A stretch of DNA of 63,779 nt, filler included, from Nemertoderma westbladi (lineage: Eukaryota; Animalia; Xenacoelomorpha), in assembly GCA_032718475.1 (NCBI GenBank). It is 3 parts of 3 records of this genome, joined end to end, with 100 filler letters (N's around TTAATTAATTAA, not from the genome) between each part and the next. Parts side by side here need not be neighbours in the genome. Positions count along the whole stretch, not along the records: positions 1 to 22,730 come from JAUCBJ010003962.1; positions 22,831 to 46,780 come from JAUCBJ010008060.1; 1 more part is not named here. The stretch is one strand, 5' to 3'. Of this stretch, positions 12,801-25,562 are shown in pieces (positions within the stretch are counted from its first letter, which is position 1; each line of letters opens with the position of its first letter). Both the position numbers and the translations under genes were made by a program. The notes under the pieces were generated by a model. It was given only the letters and a program-made list of their open reading frames with translations. It was not told the origin of the DNA and made no database searches.

Positions 12801-15233
12801 ATTTAATGACAAACAATCTCTCATCTACTTACCGATTGTCCCATTCTATGACAAACAATCTCTGTCTACTAACCGATTGTCCCATTCTATGACAAACAAT
12901 CTCTTGTCTACTAACCGGTTGTCCCATTCAATGGCAAACAATCTCTCGTCTACTAACTGGTTGTCCCATTCAATGACAAACAATCTCTCGTCCACTTTCC
13001 GGTTGTCTAATTTAATGACAAACAATCTCTCATCTACTTACCGATTGTCCCATTCTATGACAAACAATCTCTTGTCTACTAACCGATTGTCCCATTCTAT
13101 GACAAACAATCTCTTGTCTACTAACCGGTTGTCCCATTCAATGGCAAACAATCTCTCGTCTACTAACTGGTTATCCCATTCAATGACAAACAATCTCTCG
13201 TCTACTTACCGGTTGTCCCATTCAATGACAAACAATCTCTCGTCTACTAACCGGTTGTCCCATTCTATGACAAACAATCTCTCGTCTACTTAACGGTTGT
13301 CCCATTCAATGACTGCCAATATCTCGTCTACTTACCGGTTATCCCGTTCAATGACTGCCAATATCTCGTCTACTTACCGGTTATCCCGTTCAATGACTGC
13401 CAATATCTCGTCTACTTACCGGTTATCCCGTTCAATGACTGCCAATATCTCGTCTACTTACCGGTTATCCCGTTCAATGACTGCCAATATCTCGTCTACT
13501 TACCGGTTATCCCGTTCAATGACTGCCAATATCTCGTCTACTTACCGGTTGTCCCATTCAATGACAATCAATCTCTCGTCTACTAACCGGTTGTCCCATT
13601 CTATGACAAACAATCTCTCGTCTACTTAACGGTTGTCCCATTCTATGACAAACAATCTCTCGTCTACTAACTGGTTGTCCCATTCAATGACAAACAATCT
13701 CTCGTCTACTTACCGGTTGTCCGATTATATGACAATCAATCTCTCGTCTACTTACCGGTTGTCCCATTCAATGACAAACAATCTCTCGTCTACTAACCGG
13801 TTGTCCCATTCTATGACAAACAATCTCTCGTCTACTTAACGGTTGTCCCATTCAATGACAAACAATCTCTCGTCTACTAACCGGTTGTCCCATTCTATGA
13901 CAAACAATCTCTCGTCTACTTAACGGTTGTCCCATTCAATGACAAACAATCTCTCGTCTACTAACTGGTTGTCCCATTCAATGACAAACAATCTCTCGTC
14001 TACTTACCGGTTGTCCGATTATATGACAATCAATCTCTCGTCTACTTACCGGTTGTCCCATTCAATGACAAACAATCTCTCGTCTACTAACCGGTTGTCC
14101 CATTCTATGACAAACAATCTCTCGTCTACTTACCGGTTATCCCGTTCAATGACTGCCAATATCTCGTCTACTTACCGGTTGTCCCATTCAATGACAAACA
14201 ATCTCTCGTCTACTAACCGGTTGTCCCATTCTATGACAAACAATCTCTCGTCTACTTACCGGTTATCCCGTTCAATGACTGCCAATATCTCGTCTACTTA
14301 CCGGTTGTCCCATTCAATGACAAACAATCTCTCGTCTACTAACCGGTTGTCCCATTCTATGACAAACAATCTCTCGTCTACTTAACGGTTGTCCCATTCT
14401 ATGACAAACAATCTCTCGTCTACTAACTGGTTGTCCCATTCAATGACAAACAATCTCTCGTCTACTTACCGGTTGTCCGATTATATGACAATCAATCTCT
14501 CGTCTACTTACCGGTTGTCCCATTCAATGACAAACAATCTCTCGTCTACTAACCGGTTGTCCCATTCTATGACAAACAATCTCTCGTCTACTTAACGGTT
14601 GTCCCATTCAATGACAAACAATCTCTCGTCTACTAACCGGTTGTCCCATTCTATGACAAACAATCTCTCGTCTACTTAACGGTTGTCCCATTCAATGACA
14701 AACAATCTCTCGTCTACTAACTGGTTGTCCCATTCAATGACAAACAATCTCTCGTCTACTTACCGGTTGTCCGATTATATGACAATCAATCTCTCGTCTA
14801 CTTACCGGTTGTCCCATTCAATGACAAACAATCTCTCGTCTACTAACCGGTTGTCCCATTCTATGACAAACAATCTCTCGTCTACTTACCGGTTATCCCG
14901 TTCAATGACTGCCAATATCTCGTCTACTTACCGGTTATCCCGTTCAATGACTGCCAATATCTCGTCTACTTACCGGTTATCCCGTTCAATGACTGCCGAT
15001 ATCTCGTCTACTTACCGGTTATCCCGTTCAATGACTGCCAATCTCTCCTCGTCGATTTGTAGTTTCTTTAGTCGGAGATGAACGTGAATGTATGTTTTGG
15101 GTGGTGAGTCATCGATTTGATGTTTTGCTTCTTTTAATTTCCGTTGGTGCATTTCATAGCAATGTTGGTCCCATTTTTTCTGCAGTATTCGATTCTGGCA
15201 CGGTGAAACGTTGTAATAATACTTGTGAGACAT
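9814..15233 (-). CDS. CFAP97-domain (KIAA1430/C17orf105-like) ciliary protein; three exons 15233-15016, 10473-10301, 10004-9814
   Basis: Spliced product MSHKYYYNVSPCQNRILQKKWD...[44 protein letters not shown]...RRQRELLRVTMENQEILQRI...-D-NEKLAMDWAKNEQFM.... Junctions CG|GTAAGT...TTAAG|G (phase 2) and G|GTATGA...TTGCAG|AT (phase 1) are canonical and frame-consistent. Confidence 0.88.
10655..15050 (-). repeat. 42-bp minisatellite (~100 copies) made of the CFAP97D exon-1 end plus 5' splice donor, filling intron 1
   Basis: Minus-strand unit GTAAGTA-GACGAGA(G/T)ATTGGCAGTCATTGAACGGGATAACCG and variants; matches the last ~12 codons of exon 1. Confidence 0.95.
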
Positions 15234-17287
15234 ATTTCGGCAAGTTATTGTAAAGTAGTTTATCACTGGGCGAATTTATACTAAATAATTATCAAACGTT
15301 GTCGCACAATGTTAAATATTTATCCCTCATTTTTTAATAAAGATTATATTATTAATTTTATTTTAACAATGTCATATACCCTACACCTGCGACTCGACTA
15401 TTTCGCTCTGGGGCTGTTGCACCAACCGTTAGAGAGACAACAGCTCTCATTTATGGCGACTGAACAAAACCCTAATTAAAATGTTCCCATTTAACCTTTT
15501 CATTTACAAATAAAAAGCCTCTCAAAACCCTAATAAATCGTGAATCTCAAATTGAAGAAGTTATGTAGACAGTATTGGCCCTGCACGGAGCCGCAACGGG
15601 AGGTCCATCGGTCCATGGTGTAATGCAATGTCTGACACTTTTAATTTATGGATTTTGGGCCTCTGAACGCATATCGAAACCCGTTGATCTTAATGTCAAA
15701 CTGAAGCTAATTATTATATTATTTAAGAGTAACAATGATTAACTACAACTGTAGATACATAGCCTTTCACATTATATTAAAAATCATTTGTGAAGAAATA
15801 TTATTTAATAGTATTTTTAAAAATCCAGTACGATGCTGAATTATATCTATAGTGTTGTTATCCCATTGCTAGGCAACGGGAATGAATCAATGCATAGTGC
15901 CACAGTGCATTGTTATTGCGATGGTTGGCAAACATAGGCCTACCAATTTTATAGTAGTTTATTTACCTAGTATGTGATGTTAACATTGTCAAAAATCACA
16001 AAATGATTTTCTAAGTTCTTTTAAAGATGTAGCCGTAGCTTATCTGCACATGTAATGCTAGAAAGGCCATTGATAGAAGACTATCATACCACGGCCTACG
16101 CCTTGACCACAGCGCAGCTTTGTTTTCCATGAAGAGATTATTAATCATGTCCTCAATAACTAACTCTCATTCACATATTTGCTGTAACGATGTACAATGA
16201 TCCTACTGTACCACTGAAGGTATATTAATGTTGGGGCATCTGCCCCTTCAGTAATCCGGCCCGTGCGTGTGTGGGATTAGCTTTGGAAGTTTATTAGAGT
16301 TCAGCAAGCCGTTATTAATTTATTTAAGTAAAACGAACTTCAAAATATGACATGATATTCACGGTAGCCAATCAATGGGTTAAGAAACATTTGGAAATTA
16401 ACTGAAACACCGAATACAATGATCTAGGGAACGGTCAATTTGGGGCACTATCTGCGTCCAGGTGGTTTCGAATTTATTAATAAATGATGACTGTCTGTCT
16501 ATATGCACCCGCGCAGCAGGACCGATTTTTTGATTACCAAATTTTCCCCGACGGTTTCCAAGCAAGCTGTTCAACATTACAAAACCGTAGCCATGGTAAT
16601 AATTGTATATTAATTGGGGTGGACCATTTGATATCCGGCTGGAACTGTAGAATTATCCTGCCGGATGTGGGAAATATTTTATGCTATTCATTATTTATAT
16701 ATAAGTTTATTGTCCGATAAAGATAATGAGGTGAAACACAAAATCAAATAATAACGGTAGGCCTATTCCAACAGTATCTGTTATCAGTAACAGCGTTTTC
16801 AGAACAAAAATTGCATTGAAATTAAAATAGTTAACAAAAGTACAGGTACAGCACCTACTAAATATGGAGTACATAAAAACCAAATAATTACTTACTTACC
16901 TACCCATCGAAAATTTGTGATATCTTGTAGTTACAACCGACAACCACTGCCGACAACGGAAAAATGTGTTAACGGAAAAATGTTACCGGAGTTCGTAATT
17001 ATCGTTTATTGTTTTGGTTTGAATAACCTAATAAATAATAATATAATTCCTAACTAATAAATAAGATAAATTAGCTTTAATAATGGTTGTCGGCGTTGCT
17101 TGTCGGTTGTCGGCGTAGCGTTTATATCTTTACATAATATAAATTAATAGGAAGACGATGTTGAGACATGTTTGAATAACATTTATTAAAATATAAGTTT
17201 CTTATAAATTATGTACTTTCACGGGCTTAAACTGGAAGTATTCGGAAAAACGTGCTAATATTAAATATTTATTACGCAAAAATTCCA

Positions 17288-17360
17288 AGGTCCCACCGAG
17301 ATTCGAACTCGGGTCACTGGATTCAAAGTCCAGAGTGCTCAACCACTACACCATGGGACC
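17288..17360 (-). tRNA. tRNA-Gln (anticodon TTG)
   Basis: GGTCCCATGGTGTAGTGGTTGAGCACTCTGGACTTTGAATCCAGTGACCCGAGTTCGAATCTCGGTGGGACCT folds as a full cloverleaf. A T-run Pol III terminator lies just downstream (~17278-17282). Confidence 0.95.
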
Positions 17361-18840
17361 ACGAGGAGAGCCGAACTGAATTTTGGACGTCAATAAAATA
17401 ATTATAGTAGTACTGTAGATTAGATGGAGATTAGATAGACGGTCCTAATATTTTATTTTCAACTGCGTTGAATATATTTCGTGTTGTGAAATACAGAGTA
17501 AAAATTCTGAGTTCAGCTTTGCCTGCGTTCTTTCGATGCATGCGTTGCGTACGCCTAGAGTATGTGTGCGGTGTAATGGGAACAAAGCTAAATAACTAAA
17601 CATTTATTAAAAATAAAAACAAGTCTAAAAAATTATTAAAAATTATTCGAAAAATAGGTCAAGCAGACACACATTGACAAACAGGTACAATTATTTGTAT
17701 ATTATACTTATTTCTAACACTATTTTCCGCCGTTTATGCCGTATTTATAAATCAATCGAAGAAATCCTTTGTAAGTAGCCTAACTGTAAAATTAATTATT
17801 ATTGTTCGTTATTTAGTTATTTTGCAATACACGCTCATGCTCTACAGTGTTTCAGTTGTCTTTGTGTTTTTATTTAATAAAGACAACATATAAAAGAGTT
17901 GCGCAATATTCAGCTGGTAATATGTTATTAATTCTAATTGGCTGGTGTGAAGTAGGCCTATACCAGACTTTCTGCGGTTATATTTCACTTTTCAGTTCAC
18001 CCCGTTGTGAACAAACAAGGTTTTCACCAAACACCCAGGTTACATGGGTAGAATCTACCAAAACAATAAACGCATCAGTATGACTGTGCAGGTAAAACAC
18101 TCAATAAGGAAAAATTTACCAAAATAAAAATTTATCGTATATAAAATTTCAATAAATTTCCACCGAAAAGTTAAAACCTGGTATTCTTCACATACAGTGC
18201 TTACCTCCGGTTATTGATCAAGATATTTTTTACGAAGTTGCCTAATACTTTACAGTGTATGGCTCTTAATACGGTGATAATTAATTAATAATTAATACGG
18301 ATATAATGGCTGAATTAAGGCACAAATTAGACCTACAGTAGTCAAATAGGTTTGCAAAGACCGAATGGAGGAGCAGTAATTAGATATGACCATAAAAAGG
18401 CACATGAAAACGACACTCTTCAACGTCAAAGACCCGCACATTGACATAAATGGTTATTCTCTATAGTTTGTTGTGGTAGGAAATAGGCCTAGTAAACTGC
18501 AATCAGCCCAATTAACCCTTAATGACTACATTTGTAGAAACATCAAAGCATAATATTATCATAAAATGTAGGGACTTTTTCATTATGTTACATTTGACAT
18601 GTGAAACATTAGACATTTGAAAACTCACCCAAAAATTCATATTTTTCTTTAACTAGGCCTATGTCTGTTTCGCATAGATTAAAATTTTTAGTTTTATGAT
18701 TGCCAACCCAATATTCCCCAGCACATCATATGATTTGATAAGGATCGGGCTCTTATTAATTAAATAGATTATGTACCAATCCTGAAAATTAAACGTAAAT
18801 CAGTAAATTCGGTGTGACCCCCCCCCCCCCCCCCCCCCCC

Positions 18841-19745
18841 TACTTCTACTACTAGGGTCGGCATTATATATATATATATATATGTATTACATATATACTA
18901 AGAATGCTGTGCCGGCTTGTCGTCCAAATTGCGCCGCCACAACTTCCTATCTATCACGCCATGACATATCACCCGCATCTTCAAGGCCAGTGTCCTTTAA
19001 GATGCGTCTCAAGAAAGTCATGGGCTGTCCACCATGCTTATTCACTCCATGAGGCTGCCAAAGTACAAGATTATGCACTGGCTGGTCCTCACGGCGAAAG
19101 CAATGTCCTGCAAAGCGGAGGCGATTTTGTTCTAGTGTCAAGCTTGGGGGAACCAATGATACACCTCCAATGTTATATAGTGTCTGGTTGGAGATGTGTG
19201 CATTGTACTTGACACAATAAACCCGGCGTAGCATTCTTGTGAATGTGCCATCCAGAGATTTGGTGTCCTCAGCAGTTAGAGCCCAGCATGGACTCCCATA
19301 GAGGAGTACTGGAACTACTGTTGCTCTAAATAATCGGACCTTAAGTTTCTGATTAATTCTCGGTGACTTCCAAATCCTGGAAAGCCTATTCAAGGCTGCC
19401 CATGCCTTTCCCTTACGTATTCGAAGGTCCTCACCTGACTTCCAGATCCATGATCCCAGGTAACAGAAGTCGTCCACATGCTCAAGCATACCATCCTTTG
19501 AACTTATGCTCATCCGGTCAGAGACTTGCTGAGGACTTTCAAAGTTAACTGTCAAAATTTTGGTCTTTCTGGAGTTAATAAAAAGACCAACACTAGAAGC
19601 AGCCTGTTCTAATGAGCTGAGGAGCCGTTGGGCTCCCTCTAGTGATTCTGAGAGTACTCCTAAGTCATCAGCAAAGTCTAGATCAGTTAGGTACTTGGCA
19701 GGATTTCCTCGACTTCTGGAGCCAATAGGTGGAGTTATCATCACC
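18841..19745 (-). mobile_element. 5'-truncated RTE-like LINE (RT C-terminal half, 3' UTR and TAG tail)
   Basis: DLDFADDL catalytic motif, INSRKTK, FCYLGS, KVRLFRATVVPVLLYGS, RLRFAGH. Confidence 0.92.
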
Positions 19746-19908
19746 CCATCACCCCATCACTGTCATAATTTTCGTTGATCTAACTAGATCGTTACAATCA
19801 ATTTGAATAAAACTCAAAAAATACTAAGTAATTAAATTATAGTACAGCCCAACCCAAAATATAATAACTATTCCAATAATTATAATGTTTTAATATAAGG
19901 CAATGAAT

Positions 19909-22730
19909 CTAAGCTTCGCCTAAATCCTTGAATAGTTTGTCTACTACATTTTTTTGAAGCAACTCCGCTAAATGTTTTTGATTAGTTTCCCTCAAACCTT
20001 GACAGAATAGGAGGAAATCCTCATAAGGTCGTCTCATTATTGAATCAACTAAATCGACATTGGATTCAAAGGTCGTTGGTTGTTTACTGATACGTTCTGC
20101 TATAAATCTACTTAGAACTCCCTTAGATACAAGAATAGGAAGTAATTCTTCCGGAAACATAGACACAACCAAATCAGATCTTAATGTGAGAAGTTTCTCT
20201 GGAAAGTCGTCATCCTCAGAACAGACATTTCCTTGCAGACGTTCTGCTAAATGTCTTTGGTTAGTTGCAATCAATTCTTTCTGAAAACTTTGATAAACAA
20301 CTTCTGACGCACATTTCAAAGCCTCTAGTAATGCCATATTTTGGTGAAAAATTGTGAATTTATTCATTATAAGGGCTACAGTTGCTCTTTTAACTTCCCT
20401 AGTAAAAGCTTCATTACTCTCAAGATTTACAAGTAATTCATTGGGCTCCATCTTGTCAACAAATGTTGCTTGATTTCGTATTAATGTCTTTACGTGAGGA
20501 GTTGTTGCAGTCATTTTCTCTTTAAATGATGTTCTTGTGTTGAAAGACATCCCATTCTTACATTGGATTGTATCTGTATCCTTGTCTAAACATTCAGATA
20601 ACTTGAGGAAGTGGAACTGAGTTTCTTTCTCTTTTATCGGGTTGCATGGACATTTTATTTCCAAATTATAAGTAAATTGAAACCGATGTATTTGAGGGAT
20701 GGTATATTTTAAAAATGCGATTATAATAGCAGCAAAGTTGCGGTCTGGCTGAACGTTTGAACAGACGTTTGACATTTGAACAGATTCACCCAATCGAATG
20801 ATGGAAACTTTGATTCTGTGCAATAGACTGTGACATCTTTCAATAACGATTTGATGATTAGAGGGGAAGTATATCCAAGCTACACGGTAGTAAAGATTTG
20901 GTTGAATGATATTGGTAGGTTTGATTGGATTTTCTACCTTTATATAAGATAATTCAATGAATCTCTTAACTAAACGGAAATAAAAATAATCTAGCCGTAG
21001 AAAATTAGCGAATATAATGTATAATTCTATGCAATGTTCATTGGATATAAAAGATTCAATTTCTACAGGTTGCGGTTGGAGACGACATGGTACAAAGTAA
21101 AGCATATCTATTTCTTCACTTTGTTTCTCTTCCTGAACTGTTGGTAAAACTCTTTCACATAACAAGTCGAAACGTTCCAGAATTTTCAACAGGAATTGTT
21201 TGATATCAAGATGTCCTTTCCATAGGTGATCTATAAGCTTCCCGTGCAGTATTCCATGATCATCAAGATCATTCCAGTAATCATAATGGTCTAATTGCCT
21301 GTCATCCTTGACAGTTATTACTTTAGCAAACATTTGGCTCAACCATTCAGGACTTAATATAACCTTGTCTCTTAGTTCTTCATCGTTAAAGTGTATAACA
21401 GTACGAATGTCGTGATAGTACTCCAGCATTGTTTTCAACTCAGCGTCATCCAATTCTATGTTTTCTACTTTAAGGATACCTTTTAACTCACTAATTAAAA
21501 CATTTGTCTCAATGTAAACGTTATTTATCTTTAATTGTGATATTAATTCTTCAAGTTTTAGATAAATAATTGGAATTTTCGTTTTCGATGATTTAATTGC
21601 GTTCATAATTGCGGTTTGCAGTATTTTAATTTGATCAGACCGTATTTTATTATCTACAGCATAGCAATTATCAATAGTAGAATTAGAATAACAAGCGTTC
21701 TTATATATAAGTTTTTTAATTTTAAGAAACTTATCAGCCACTAAAGCATCTCGAGTTTTAGCGTCTTCATGCAACTCGGGGGATTCTTTATGGGTACCTA
21801 CTATAAAAACTGTAGGGCTGAAACTACTTTCAGTTTCACAAGAATGGATACTTCTCAACCAAAAGTCGATAAACTGAATGTTTGTCATTTCTCCGTAAAC
21901 TTTTTTCTGTTTGTTATCATCATCAGCTCTATATGTAATATCAGCTGTGTCATCAAGATCCTGTATCAAATTAAACACAACTATATATATCGCTCGTGGG
22001 CTTAGAAACATATGGTGGGTGGTGTAATATATACACTGGCCTCCAAAGTCAACAATATGTATGGGATACGATAATCCATCTACGAGGCGTCTGAAAATAT
22101 TATGTGGTAGTTTGTCTTCTGAGACAGTATTTTTCTCGTCCTCCAGGTCATAATCTCTGCTAATTCCAGGTTGTGACCATTCAGATGGTTCATCATTATT
22201 TTGATCAGGGACTTGTAGACTAACTCTCTTGACGTCGTTCTTGTTGGTTTCTTCATGTTGCAGTTCGTTTTCCTTCTGAGATTCCATATTTTGATTCATA
22301 TCTACTAATGTGGTATCCACAATAACTTTTTCAAGATTAGATTCCAATTCAGTGTGTTTTTCAGAAGTTGTCCAGTCAGTAGGTTTATCAGAATGTATCA
22401 AACGAGTCTCATTGAAGACTATGCCATTTGTAATTTTTTCATTTTTGTCAAATGGCTTGTTTATAAGGGATTTCATCAAACTGGTTTTTCCTGCACTTTC
22501 TTGCCCTACAATCATTAATGTGGATCTAAGTTTCCATACTTCTCCCTTAGAAAGGGCAGATTTATAAAAATGCAATGCTTCTAGGCCTCTGTCCAATATC
22601 TCTTTAGGTATTTTTGTCTCTTGAATATACTGTTTTAATCGTTTATGTAACCCGTATCTATCCAATTCCATTTTTTCTAAGAGTTTCTTTTCAACTAATT
22701 TCTCTGCAATTTCGCCAGCAATTAATTGCT
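19909..22730 (-). CDS. Kinase-less ROCO protein: ROC GTPase, COR and two C-terminal CARD-like death-fold domains; 5' end lost in the assembly gap
   Basis: P-loop GQESAGKTS, TNGI, DFGGQ, VGTHKE, AVDN; COR motifs YYHD, VILSPEWL, ERFDLL, YFVPCRL; two ~90-aa repeats ending TNQRHLAERL and TNQKHLAELL. The frame stays open from 22671 up to the gap. Confidence 0.85.
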
Positions 22731-22830
22731 NNNNNNNNNNNNNNNNNNNNNNNNNNNNNNNNNNNNNNNNNNNNTTAATTAATTAANNNNNNNNNNNNNN
22801 NNNNNNNNNNNNNNNNNNNNNNNNNNNNNN
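22731..22830. other. Assembly gap / artificial contig linker
   Basis: N run containing TTAATTAATTAA (stops in all six frames). Confidence 0.98.
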
Positions 22831-25320
22831 TATCAGTTATCCCACAAAAGCTTTTACATAAACAATAAAACAATATATAATTGAAATTCGAATTCATAAT
22901 ATAAATAGATTAATTAATTAAAATGGTATGAGTCTAGCATATTATTCAGTCTGAGGCGGCCCACACTCTGATTGGCTGGGCGTTTTGTGGGCAGTTTAGT
23001 AGGTGGTACAAGGGGGCAACGTTATCACAAAGATTACAGCGGCACGAGGCACAAGGGGAGTGAAAGCCCTGAGTTTTGCAGATTTTATGGTGAAAACCGT
23101 GTATAGACACTCTCGTAGTTACGTGACGCAATTTATTCATAGCAACGGTCCACCCTCGCGACTGGAAGGCTGGTGAAGTCCAGAAGTCGTGAGGGATGTC
23201 GTCGATTTTTGTTGCGACTTCAGCACGGTATTGGCGCAGTGCGTCGGTGTCAGGGAGATGGAACTGTGTTGCAATATCTTCTACAAGGTAATTCTCCTTG
23301 CACATTGCAAAAACAAGACGATTTAAAGTGTTTTTATGTACACCAAGTGTCTTTTTAAGAAATGACGCCTTAACGCGGTCCAAACTGTGCAGGTTAGCGG
23401 TAGATAGATATTCCCAAAATACAGTAATGTTGTATGTCAAGATGGGCATTATTTTAATACGAAAAATCGAGACTGCTGTTTTAAGGGACAGTACTCTAGG
23501 ATTTTTAATGTTGTGTATGGCCATAGTCGCTTTACAACAAACATTCGTAGTGTGTTTAGTAAAAACCAGTGTTGGTTGCAGTGTAACCCCTAGGTATGTG
23601 TAGGATGTTGCCATGGAGACGGATTCACCATTATAGTTGAATTTGTCTGCTTTGCTGAGCCTACCACCACGGCGGAATTTTATTACGGCTGTCTTTTTTA
23701 TGTTTACTTTTAATCCATTCGCATTGGACCATTTGGAAAGAGAATCGAGTGCTGTCTGAATGGCTTCCTTCGAGTGGGAGTATACCAGAAGGTCATCTGC
23801 ATAAAATAGAATTATCAGCAGTACAGACGCCAACTTGAGGGCCCCAACAAGGTCAGCGATGTATAGTATAAACAGAATGGGGCTAAGGGAATCGCCTTGT
23901 AGTAAGCCACGGATTTGTTTGATGGGGTTAGATTTTCGCAGGCCATCGTAAACAATAATAAAATTTGGTGCTAGTAGTAATTTAATAAATTCGATAAGGC
24001 GACCTTTCAAACCAAATTGAGATTTCAGTTTGCTGATTAGCCGGTTTCGTGGTACCGAGTCAAATGCCTTGCGGAAATCCACAAAACAGGCATAGACTGG
24101 CCTGGTTTGTATATTACCCTTGATGTCCTTTATGAGTTGCTCGAGAGGTTGCCTGGTGCTACGTCCTGGCAGGAATCCATATTGTTCGATTGGGATTTTT
24201 TCTCGTAAGGTTTTGAGTAACCTCTTAGCTATTATACCAGTTAGGATTTTGTACACGTTACATAGCAATGCGATGCCACGATAGTTGTCTGGTAGCGTCC
24301 GGTCACCCTTACCCTTGTACAGGACTTTGCATAAACATAGCGACCAATTGGAGACTAGTTTTAGTGAGAAGAAGCATGCGTTAAACAACATAACCCAGAA
24401 TATCAGTGTCAGTGGTAACGCGGCCTTCAAGAATTCGTAAGGTAGACTGTCATATCCACCGGACTTTCTATTAGGTTTCTTCATTACTTCGTCCTGGACT
24501 TCTTCAGCAGTGAACGGAGCATTATAGGGGAGTTCATTTCTATCATCAGCATCTTGTTCGCTGTCGATATCACTAGATGTATCGTCGACAATTTGTGTTT
24601 GGGGATCGGGCTGTTCGGACAGCAGTTTATTGAAGTGTGTCTCCCACAGAGCTAATGGGACAGGGCAGGGGGGGTCCGGGTGATGTTTCTTCCACCATTT
24701 GTAGGGAGTCGATTCTGCTTCGGCAATTACTAATCTCTCTTGATGTTCAATGAAAGCATCGCGTTTATTATTTAGTAATTCCTTGTAACTGCATTTCAGT
24801 AGACAGAGGTCCTCGCGGAGACTGATGTCGGATTTTGCCCGGTTGTGCTGCGCGATGACCTTCTGGCGAAAGTTGTAGCATTCGGCATCGAACCAGCGAT
24901 TATTATGATTGTTGCTGCTGCTAGATACTGTTACAGCTGCGTCCTTTATGGCCTCCGTGACATACTCATAGGCCGATTCAATGTCGTTGTCCTTCATCAG
25001 GTGATCTATCCCCACTTGCAAACGACTGTCTGATAGCAGGTTGTTTATACTGAGTTTACGCGTCTTCGTTGGTTTATTGTTAGTGGTTTCAGTAGGGGTT
25101 ACATGATTGTCGTTTCTATGTAAGTTCCAGTGCATCTCTATTGGCACATGTTTTCTCATACCGTTTACAGGATAGTGTATCTCCGAAACACTAACATTGG
25201 CGAAAACCAGATCTATTAGGCTAGAACCATTGTGGCAGTAATATGTAGCCTGAGTGCGGTCATTTTGAAGTTTAATTCCACGACCATATTCTTCCACAAA
25301 GCAGTCCATGTTATCTGTTT
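22831..25320 (-). mobile_element. Non-LTR retrotransposon ORF2 (RTEX-like), 5'-truncated within the AP endonuclease; uninterrupted ORF 25309-22946
   Basis: SSLIDLVF endonuclease remnant; NYRGIALL, QYGF, FVDFRKAFDSV, QGDSLSPILF, YADD, YLGV; C-terminal Cys/His-rich finger. Confidence 0.9.
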
Positions 25321-25562
25321 TTAATATTTTAATCTTATATTAATATTCATTCCCAATAATTGAACAATAATATAACAAACAAAATTAGCTCCGTGCCCTG
25401 CACCAGGACATAATACATTTACTTCTGGCCAAGTTGTTTTTTAGTAAGAAATCATTTAGATTATTTTATATTTTGATAATTTAAGATAAAAGCAAAAAAG
25501 TTCTTGTTAAATATTTGTAAATAGGTGTTTTTAACAACTCGTAGCTAAATAACTTGAAAATT

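Noticed and set aside
10711-15081. Long Ser/Thr/Asn-rich ORFs (up to 545 aa) resembling a mucin or adhesin
   Set aside because: They are the antisense reading of the 42-bp intronic array; a unit length divisible by 3 keeps the frames open.
22775-22786. Palindromic TTAATTAATTAA inside the N runs
   Set aside because: Artificial six-frame-stop linker, identical in both gaps.
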